From: Formosa sp. Hel1_33_131
GTDB lineage: Bacteria > Bacteroidota > Bacteroidia > Flavobacteriales > Flavobacteriaceae
Direction: 5' to 3'
DNA length: 32,000 bases
Assembly (NCBI RefSeq): GCF_001735745.1
Contig: NZ_CP017260.1
Location: 2,490,001-2,522,000, forward strand
Part shown: piece by piece, positions 9,602 to 15,931 of the stretch
How positions within the stretch are numbered: position 1 is the first letter of the stretch
How the letters are laid out: every line of letters starts with the position of its first letter
Program-made: the position numbers and the translations under genes
The notes under the pieces: generated by a model
Database searches by the model: none
What the model saw: only the letters and a program-made list of their open reading frames with translations
Told to the model about the DNA's origin: nothing

Positions 9602-9775
9602 TTATTTACAAATTGTAATATATGCTGTTGGCATCCACCATAGATTTACACCAAACGCAACAGTTATTATTTCATATCCGTCATTTGATTTTTTGTTAAT
9701 TAAAATTTCAACATTTCTCCTTAATGTATTTGTTGACCACATCTCACTAATTTTAATTATTTCATATTTTTTCAT
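9602..9775 (-). CDS. Small hypothetical protein (57 aa), possibly DUF4177-like; cassette-borne
   Basis: My own translation: MKKYEIIKISEMWSTNTLRRNVEILINKKSNDGYEIITVAFGVNLWWMPTAYITICK*. It starts 53 nt after the cassette boundary at 9829. Its 3' end contains ATGCCAAC (9634-9627), the complement of the cassette start GTTGGCAT. It is below the track cut-off. Confidence 0.5.
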   Translation of the reverse strand: MKKYEIIKISEMWSTNTLRRNVEILINKKSNDGYEIITVAFGVNLWWMPTAYITICK

Positions 9776-9822
9776 AAATATTTCTTTTAGTTCTTGAATT
9801 CAGGTTTCAGTTTTTTAATAAA

Positions 9823-9957
9823 TGCCAACGTGTTCGTGTATGGTTAGTTGCGTTGGCTAGCAACTAAATTAGTAAAAGAAAACGAACCAGAGGGAAATCC
9901 GCTAGGATTTTCCGAGTACACACAGAATCAGCAATTAATTATACACGTTGTTAGTGG
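9823..9957 (-). other. attC-like recombination site A (135 bp), downstream of the TIR gene
   Basis: Read on the minus strand: CCACTAAC-aa-CGTGTAT ... internal hairpins (ggaaaatcc/ggatttcc, ttagttgc/gcaactaa) ... ATACACG-aacac-GTTGGCA. This has the R''-L''...L'-R' architecture of integron attC sites. Confidence 0.5.
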
Positions 9958-10044
9958 TAGTATTAATTTCGGGTTGCTTCATTAAAACTTTCTTCAATTC
10001 GTATGTTCAATGTTAATAAATTCCTTAAAATTTTAATTATGTTT

Positions 10045-10896
10045 TTATTTTAAATTATCATCAACCAGGTCTGCAAGTTTAACGTATATTTCTTCTCGAT
10101 CATTTTCATTTAACTTGCTTAACGGGTTCTTTGGGTCATTTAGGGATTGAAATTTGCTTAAAGTTGGAGTAGAAGTAAATCTACAAGGTTTAACAATAAT
10201 TGGAATAATTCTTTTTCCTTTCTCCTCTGCTGCTTTTAATAAAGGAGGTAATTCATTGTCAACAATAAAGTCCGAAGCCAGAAAATCTGCGCTTATAAGC
10301 AGAATAGCTATAGATGCTTTATCTAAAGCCTTGTCTATCTCCATTTTCCATTGATCTCCAGCATTTATTTTGGTATCAATCCAAAGATCAATTTGACCAC
10401 TTTTAATAAAAGGTTTAAGATGTACGGTTAGTCTATCAATTGTGTTTGAGTCCTTATGACTGTAACTTATAAAAACACTTTTAGTTATATTCTTTTCTTT
10501 CTTAATGAATTTTTTTACAGCTGCTGAAGTTTTATTTTTCTTCAGATAATTATCTAATGGAATAATTAATGTTTCATCTAACCTAAGTCTATCGTAATAA
10601 ATGGAGAAATATTTTTCTAGAAATGAACTGCTTTCTGATGTTATAAGAATAATTGGTTTTTCAAAAGCTCTTGCAATTGCAAATTCGCTAGTTAAATTTC
10701 CTTCATTCTCAGACACATCAACTATCACTAAGTCTGAATTTTTTATTTCTTCTCTGACTAATTCTTCAGTTTCACCTGCGTTTAAAAGGTCTTCATGGGT
10801 GCTCAGTGTATGACCCGCTGCTACAACGACATTGTTTACTTTGCTTAAAACGTCTTGATAGCTTGAATTATACCTGAATGCTAAAAATATTTTCAT
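10045..10896 (-). CDS. TIR-domain protein with an N-terminal nucleoside 2-deoxyribosyltransferase-like/TIR-like Rossmannoid domain (candidate NADase-type defence effector)
   Basis: The C-terminal half (VFISYSHKDSNTIDRL...ILLISADFLASDFIVDNELPPLL...IIPIIV) is a bacterial TIR domain with the conserved Glu in context. The N-terminal half (MKIFLAF...DLVIVDVSENEGNLTSEFAIARAFEKPIILI) resembles the NDT motif D.GT..E.G.A...KP. Confidence 0.85.
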   Translation of the reverse strand: MKIFLAFRYNSSYQDVLSKVNNVVVAAGHTLSTHEDLLNAGETEELVREEIKNSDLVIVDVSENEGNLTSEFAIARAFEKPIILITSESSSFLEKYFSIYYDRLRLDETLIIPLDNYLKKNKTSAAVKKFIKKEKNITKSVFISYSHKDSNTIDRLTVHLKPFIKSGQIDLWIDTKINAGDQWKMEIDKALDKASIAILLISADFLASDFIVDNELPPLLKAAEEKGKRIIPIIVKPCRFTSTPTLSKFQSLNDPKNPLSKLNENDREEIYVKLADLVDDNLK

Positions 10897-10911
10897 AGTT
10901 TGTTTTTATTA

Positions 10912-10996
10912 CCACTAACTCGTTATATGTCAACAAAAGGGTGTGTTAACGGTTATATATTCCGGGATAACACAATGTTTTAGTTGTTATTATTCG
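10912..10996 (-). other. Site B: attI-like or half-attC junction site between repeat Y and the TIR cassette. It ends (minus strand) ...CATATAAcgaGTTAGTGG.
   Basis: About 70% identical by eye to site D (15932-16024). It shares the ...AAC-n2-GTTATATG end with sites A and C but lacks their other end. It contains a direct GTTATAT repeat (10922 and 10952). Confidence 0.4.
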
Positions 10997-11232
10997 TAAC
11001 TGATTTTAGTACAAGCATCTTGCTTGCCCCCGCATCTATAATTCAAATAAAACAATCGCTTACAACGGGTCAAGCTGCTTATGAAGATTTAGATTTGGGG
11101 TCTAAAATCTATCAAACTTATGAAATAGTTTATAAACTTTAAAAAAAAGTATCCATTAATTTATGTAAACAGCTGTAAATAAATCAATTTTATTAATTTA
11201 CAGTCGCATGGTTCACTTAAAACTTGAATTTT
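10997..11232 (+). repeat. Repeat Y, copy b (full length)
   Basis: 11009-11284 matches 16025-16300 at 275 of 276 positions by eye (single difference tcaagc/ttaagc). Contains hairpins caagca-tct-tgcttg and ctgtaaat...atttacag. Confidence 0.9.
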
Positions 11233-11284
11233 TGCAATTTGGATTACGGTCTATCTTCTAGCATTAATTCAATCTTATTTTATA
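11233..11284 (+). repeat. att-like 52-bp segment, copy 2 (decoy receptor 3' end ...QFGLRSIF* plus the 22-bp core)
   Basis: Identical to copy 3 (16249-16300). Flanked on the left by Y and on the right by X, the junction expected between tandem elements (equivalent to attP). Confidence 0.8.
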
Positions 11285-11463
11285 TAAATGCGTCCTAATT
11301 AGGGCGCATTTTTTTTGCATTGTGTAGTGATTTGTTATGTTGTATAAGCACCTAATTTAGTAAATACAAACTAAGTTTTAAACTAAAACTAGTTTTGTAA
11401 AAGTGTCTTTTTTAGCTCAGTTCTTTGTTACCACCACACGAAAGGATTCGTGCGGTAGCGGGG
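11285..11463 (+). repeat. Repeat X, copy 2
   Basis: See X copy 1. It ends at gcgggg (11463), directly abutting the truncated methyltransferase ORF. Confidence 0.85.
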
Positions 11464-11640
11464 ATCGCTTATTATTTCTTTACTTTTATCTTCAACCAAC
11501 ACTGGTAATTCTCTTTCGCATTGCTCAGCAATTTCTTCAGGTTTGTCTTCCCAAACTAAACCGTACCGTTTTTTCTCTAATTGCTGTAATTTGGCAATGA
11601 GTTGTTCTTTACTATAATTATCGTATTTATTCTTTGCCAT
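11428..11640 (-). pseudogene. N-terminal fragment of a DNA methyltransferase gene (type III Mod or type IIG-like), truncated at the end of repeat X
   Basis: MAKNKYDNYSKEQLIAKLQQLEKKRYGLVWEDKPEEIAEQCERELPVLVEDKSKEIISD resembles the N-termini of such methyltransferases (YGLVWEDK motif). After codon 59 the reading frame runs into repeat X (PRYRTNPFVWW*). The ATG directly follows the abiEii stop. Confidence 0.55.
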
Positions 11641-12708
11641 TTATGCTGTTTTTATTTCGTAAATCTTGAACCAATAAAAAAATGCTTCAGGATTAGATTT
11701 TTTAAGTTTGTTTAGTTTGTTGTTCATTGGTTCGTTTATTTGCCATTCTTTCATTTGTATTTGGGTGTCATACTTTTCAATTTCTGTTTTCTCATATTTT
11801 ATTAATGTGATGAGATAAGCTGTTTTAGATGCTTGAGTAATTGCTTTTTCAATATGATAACTTTCAGAAAAAATATAAGCTCGTATTCTTTGTATTCCCA
11901 ACTGTAATTCTTCGAAATTCCCTATTCCATCTATTCCTCTACTTGCAATACAAAGGGAAGTTTGGTAAATATCTTCAATTACATCTTGTTCATTACAATC
12001 ATTAATATTTCTGTATGACAATTCAGTTTTTGCAAATTGGTAAAATGTGTTTTTTATAATATTTAAGTCAATTACTTTATCAAATAAATTCCCTACATCA
12101 TATAATTGCTTTATGATTTCCATACTCATACTGTTTTCACTTTTAAAGTATGGTATTCCTGTGGTATTGGGAGCAAAGGCAGTGAGCTTGTCTCCCAAAA
12201 TATCTTCCAAACAGGGAAGGTTTACAAGTAATGGTTTGTTAATAATCGGTACAAAATTAGATTCTATAGGCAGTTGGATTATTTTTTTGTAATCCGCCTT
12301 TTCAAATAATATATCAAGTAAAATATAATCTTCTGTTTTGTTTGATTTATGAAATGGAGTGTAGTAGAATTTAAAATGTGCTTTTGTGATTTTTGAATTT
12401 GTGTTTCGGTGTTGTAATTCTTTTCGTAAAAAACCTTGCTCGGTTGCCAAAGAATCTAATATGTCGTTTAGCCCAATATCCTCTTTAGGCAAAATAATAT
12501 CAATGTCAATAGAAAGTCTTTTAGTAGAATTGAAATGTAACATTAAAGCAGTTCCTCCTTTGAATACAAAGTCCAATTTTTGTTTCACAAGACCTTCTAA
12601 TAGAATCAATGCTCGAATAACCTTTTCGACAAGAATTTTATCAGCATTTTTATTTGCTTTTGAAACCTGATTAATCCATTTTATTGATATTTCTTTTTGA
12701 TTTATCAT
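11641..12708 (-). CDS. abiEii: AbiEii/AbiGii-family nucleotidyltransferase toxin (type IV TA / abortive infection)
   Basis: 355 aa. Contains FVFKGGTALMLHFNSTKRLSIDIDIILP, the DUF1814/AbiEii NTase signature. Located immediately downstream of an AbiEi-like gene. Confidence 0.85.
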   Translation of the reverse strand: MINQKEISIKWINQVSKANKNADKILVEKVIRALILLEGLVKQKLDFVFKGGTALMLHFNSTKRLSIDIDIILPKEDIGLNDILDSLATEQGFLRKELQHRNTNSKITKAHFKFYYTPFHKSNKTEDYILLDILFEKADYKKIIQLPIESNFVPIINKPLLVNLPCLEDILGDKLTAFAPNTTGIPYFKSENSMSMEIIKQLYDVGNLFDKVIDLNIIKNTFYQFAKTELSYRNINDCNEQDVIEDIYQTSLCIASRGIDGIGNFEELQLGIQRIRAYIFSESYHIEKAITQASKTAYLITLIKYEKTEIEKYDTQIQMKEWQINEPMNNKLNKLKKSNPEAFFYWFKIYEIKTA

Positions 12709-12756
12709 AAACTATAAATTGGCAGTAAATTAATTTTGTTGCCGTAAATTAGAATT
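12709..12756. promoter_or_regulatory. Operator-like site 1: aaactataaat + core TGGCAGTAAATTAATTTTGTTGCCG + taa + attagaatt. It overlaps the abiEi stop and the abiEii start region.
   Basis: 26 nt (12719-12744) are the exact reverse complement of 13512-13537, yet the flanks aaactataaat and attagaatt are in direct orientation at both sites. Confidence 0.5.
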
Positions 12757-13434
12757 AATATATGTTTTAAGTTCTTCTTTTTTTCCTCTCCTGTTGGCAT
12801 AACGTAACAACTTACTTTTATTGATTGAGTATTTTGAAAAAGCTTCATTATAAATAGTTCTCATTTCATTACCTTGATATGCCGAAAAGATGATTTCATC
12901 ACAAAAAACATCTACTAATATTTTTTCTAAAGAAGAAGTGTTTATTCCATCTATGTTTTGTGTAGGAGCTTCAGTTATTAGTGTTTTAACAATTATTAAA
13001 TTATTGTTCTCTGTTATGTATTTTTCAAAAACATCTTTTGAAGGTTCTAAAAAGACTGAGTATTTGTTTTCTTTTAAATAAAGAAATATGGCTTGTGTTG
13101 CTTCTTTCTCAACTTCAATTAATAAATAGAATTGATTGGCTTGATGCAGGGTAAATTCATTAAGAATAGAAGAATTCCAGATGCAAGATTCTAAATATGG
13201 AAAATGTTTTTTTATTTTTTTACTTAGAATTTTTTCTTTTGAAGAAATCTCAGGAATAAAATAATTCATTGCTCCAAGAGTAAATATTCCTTTTCCAATT
13301 CGTTTAAGAACACCTTGTTTTATCAAAGTAAATACTCGCCAATTGATAGTCGTTTGACTAATATTGGGTTCAAACCCTTTAAAGAAATTAGCAATGTCAG
13401 TTGTTTCAAAGCTTTTTCGATTTTTGAAAAACAT
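12730..13434 (-). CDS. abiEi: AbiEi-family antitoxin/transcriptional regulator
   Basis: 234 aa. N-terminal winged-helix-like segment (FETTDIANFF...TINWRVFTLIKQGVLKRIGKGIFTLG) and operon partner of AbiEii. Confidence 0.8.
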   Translation of the reverse strand: MFFKNRKSFETTDIANFFKGFEPNISQTTINWRVFTLIKQGVLKRIGKGIFTLGAMNYFIPEISSKEKILSKKIKKHFPYLESCIWNSSILNEFTLHQANQFYLLIEVEKEATQAIFLYLKENKYSVFLEPSKDVFEKYITENNNLIIVKTLITEAPTQNIDGINTSSLEKILVDVFCDEIIFSAYQGNEMRTIYNEAFSKYSINKSKLLRYANRRGKKEELKTYINSNLRQQN

Positions 13435-13500
13435 TGTTAATTTTTCAATATGTAACTTGTCTTTAGCGATAGTATTTCTTTTTAACTCAGCAAATGTACA

Positions 13501-13548
13501 AAACTATAAATCGGCAACAAAATTAATTTACTGCCAATTATTAGAATT
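13501..13548. promoter_or_regulatory. Operator-like site 2 in the abiEi promoter region (same flanks, inverted core)
   Basis: See site 1. On the minus strand this site is followed by TAGTTTTG and TACATTTG, both matching the TAnnTTTG -7 consensus, upstream of the abiEi ATG. Confidence 0.5.
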
Positions 13549-13780
13549 CTGTTAGCGTGGGGAAGATTAAGCTCTTTTGGTTTTTATGTGTTGGCTTTTG
13601 TGTAGGCAAAAACCAAATGTGCTTAATGTGCGGCTGGCTTTTTTCGGTATGAAACACAACGTGTTTGTATATGGAAAGTTGCGTGTTTGCGTGCGAGGAT
13701 TTTCCGTAGGAAAATCAGACGTAGCAAACGTGCAACGACCTTTGTTTAAGCCAAAACCAGCAATTTTTTATATACAGTGT

Positions 13781-15499
13781 GCCTGTTGCACAACTATTTA
13801 TGATAAAACTACAAAATAAGTTTTAAATTTTCATAAAAATTCTTAAATTTATGGATGCAAGGAAAAAAGACCTACCAAGAAAAGCTGTTTGCTTGCTTTA
13901 GTTTGAGCGAACGGATACCAAAAGATAATTTTTATCGCCAGTTAGGAAACGTTTTAGAATTAGAATATTTGTATCGCTTGACGCGTTCTTATTATGGGAC
14001 AAGTGGACAAAAAAGCGTAGATCCCGTAGTTTTTTTCAAACTGTGTTTGGTCGGATATTTAGAAAACATCATTAGCGATCGCAAATTGATATCCCATTGC
14101 AGTATGCGTATGGATATTTTGTATTTCCTCGGCTATGACATCGATGATGAACTTCCATGGCATTCAACGATCAGTCGTACACGTCAGTTGTTTCCCGAAA
14201 GCCTGTTTGAAGAGGCCTTTACCAAAGTGTTAGAATTATGTATTTCCAAAGGCATGGTCAGCGGTCACACCCAAACCATCGACTCAGCCCCAGTAAAAGC
14301 CAATGCATCCATGGACAGTTTAGAGCTCAAAGTTCCCAAAGAAGACTTAGAAACACACTTGCATCAGCTCCGTCATATCAGCCGAATGGATAAGCCCCAT
14401 CGTCAAGCCAAAGACAATAAAGCCCCTAAAACCCAACAAACCCTTAGTGCCAATAAGCAAGAACTAGGCGCAATAAAGAGTCGCAACAAGAAATGGTCAA
14501 ACGACCAAGACCAGCGACCCGGTGCAGGGAACAAAGGCAGTAAATACACCAGTAATAAGACCCATTACAGTCCCACCGACCCCGATGCCCGAATCAGTGT
14601 AAAACCAGGCAAAGCCAGAAAGCTCAATTATATGAGTCAACTTAGTGTGGACACCGCCCATCATGTCATCACCGACATCCAAGCCTACCATGCCGATAAG
14701 AAAGACAATCAATACTTGCAAGATATCGTAAAACGATTAGACAAGCGTTTATGGAAACAAGGATTACTATGGCAAAACTGTGTCGCCGACACAGGATATA
14801 GCAGTGGCGAGAACTATGCCTTTTTAGAAGGCGTCAACAAACAAAGTTTCATTCCTCCGCATGGCACCTACAAAGGTGGTCCCGAGGGATTTGTTTACCA
14901 TAAAAAAGAGGATCATTACGTATGTCCACAAGGGGAAGTGATTCCCTTCAAAAAAGTATTTAACGATTATAGAACCCACACGAGAAAGAAAGAATACCGC
15001 GGTTCGACCAAACAATGCAAAGGCTGTCCAATAGCACTCCAATGCTTGGGGAAAACAGCCAAAGAAAAGAAGTTTTCAGTGACCTATTACCGAGAGGAAT
15101 ATGAGCGAAACAATGCCCGAGTGCACAGCAAACAAGGACGCTTTATGAAACGCAAACGTCAAAGCACCGTAGAACCTGTTTTTGGAACACTCACTCAGTT
15201 TATGGGCCTGAGAAAGATCAACACCCTTGGCATACAACAAGCCAACAAAGTCATGCACTTATCTGCGATGGCTTACAACCTGAAAAAGTATCTAAAATTC
15301 ACTCAGAAACTGGCAAGAAGTGAGGCGAAATCACTTGGGGTTGTTTTTTTAGAAATAACCCTCTTTATAAAGGTGTTTTGGTCTTGTGTAAGCCCCTCAA
15401 AAAAACAAAATAGCACACTCATTTTTTAATAATACATCCTGTAAATCGGCTTAAAAAGGAAGGTTTTTTACTTTTTTAGAGGGCTTGTGCAACGGTTAC
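13781..15499 (+). mobile_element. IS1182-family insertion sequence (about 1.72 kb)
   Basis: A single transposase ORF. Imperfect terminal inverted repeats centred on GTTGCACAA (13786-13794; reverse complement at 15486-15494). Flanking 6-bp direct repeat CAGTGT (13775-13780 and 15500-15505). Confidence 0.75.
13855..15429 (+). CDS. IS1182-family (IS5-like DDE) transposase
   Basis: 524 aa. N-terminal DUF772-type domain (SVDPVVFFKLCLVGYLENIISDRKLISHCSMRMDILYFLGYDIDDELPWHSTISRTR) and a C-terminal DDE region (CVADTGYSSGENY...VEPVFGTLTQFMGLRKINTLG). Confidence 0.88.
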   Translation: MQGKKTYQEKLFACFSLSERIPKDNFYRQLGNVLELEYLYRLTRSYYGTSGQKSVDPVVFFKLCLVGYLENIISDRKLISHCSMRMDILYFLGYDIDDELPWHSTISRTRQLFPESLFEEAFTKVLELCISKGMVSGHTQTIDSAPVKANASMDSLELKVPKEDLETHLHQLRHISRMDKPHRQAKDNKAPKTQQTLSANKQELGAIKSRNKKWSNDQDQRPGAGNKGSKYTSNKTHYSPTDPDARISVKPGKARKLNYMSQLSVDTAHHVITDIQAYHADKKDNQYLQDIVKRLDKRLWKQGLLWQNCVADTGYSSGENYAFLEGVNKQSFIPPHGTYKGGPEGFVYHKKEDHYVCPQGEVIPFKKVFNDYRTHTRKKEYRGSTKQCKGCPIALQCLGKTAKEKKFSVTYYREEYERNNARVHSKQGRFMKRKRQSTVEPVFGTLTQFMGLRKINTLGIQQANKVMHLSAMAYNLKKYLKFTQKLARSEAKSLGVVFLEITLFIKVFWSCVSPSKKQNSTLIF

Positions 15500-15520
15500 C
15501 AGTGTTGGCAATAGTATTTT

Positions 15521-15892
15521 TTATTCAGTTAGATTTTCCGTTATAGATTTCAGAGTTTCAATTTTCGGCATTTCTGTAATTTCAGATTCTCCATCTATTG
15601 AGTAAAATTCCAATTCAGTCGGCATTTGGTCAGTTCCGAATACAGATATTCCAATTAATTCTCCGTTTTTACCTTTTCCATCGTAATCTATTATTAAATT
15701 CCCTTTTTGAATTTCCGAGTCAAATGTTTTTCCAAATATTATAGTCGGACATTTTCCGCAACCACATCTCGCAATAACTTTCAGATTTCCGATTAAATTA
15801 GTCCACTCCGATTTTTCTTTTCCAAACAGATAAGTCAGAAATTCAATTTCGGATTTTGTCAATGCTCTTTTATCTGGAATGCTATATTTCAT
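15521..15892 (-). CDS. Hypothetical cassette protein (123 aa) with a CGCGKC motif
   Basis: An intact ORF that is the only coding sequence in a cassette of about 554 bp (excluding IS and TSD) bounded by sites D and C. I do not recognise the family. Confidence 0.6.
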   Translation of the reverse strand: MKYSIPDKRALTKSEIEFLTYLFGKEKSEWTNLIGNLKVIARCGCGKCPTIIFGKTFDSEIQKGNLIIDYDGKGKNGELIGISVFGTDQMPTELEFYSIDGESEITEMPKIETLKSITENLTE

Positions 15893-15931
15893 TAATCAAA
15901 TTGTTCATTTTTTTACGTTCCGTTGATATTA

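Larger units (their letters stand above)
13654..15514 (-). other. attC-like recombination site C (about 136 bp once the IS and one TSD copy are removed), interrupted by an IS
   Basis: Minus strand: ATTGCCAAC-ac-TGTATAT ... long imperfect palindrome gttgcacgtttgctacg..ggaaaatcc/ggattttcc..cgcacgcaaacacgcaac ... ATATACA-aacac-GTTGTGT. Same architecture and spacer lengths (2 and 5 nt) as site A. Confidence 0.5.

Noticed and set aside
9008-11000. Retron or DGR-like structured non-coding RNA explanation for X/Y
   Set aside because: There is no reverse transcriptase ORF anywhere in the window, and no template/variable repeat pair with adenine-specific differences.
13577-13819. Track ORF of 80 aa upstream of the transposase
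   Set aside because: It runs through the palindromic centre of attC-like site C and into the IS left end. It is Cys/Val/Phe-rich and of low complexity, with no plausible start context.
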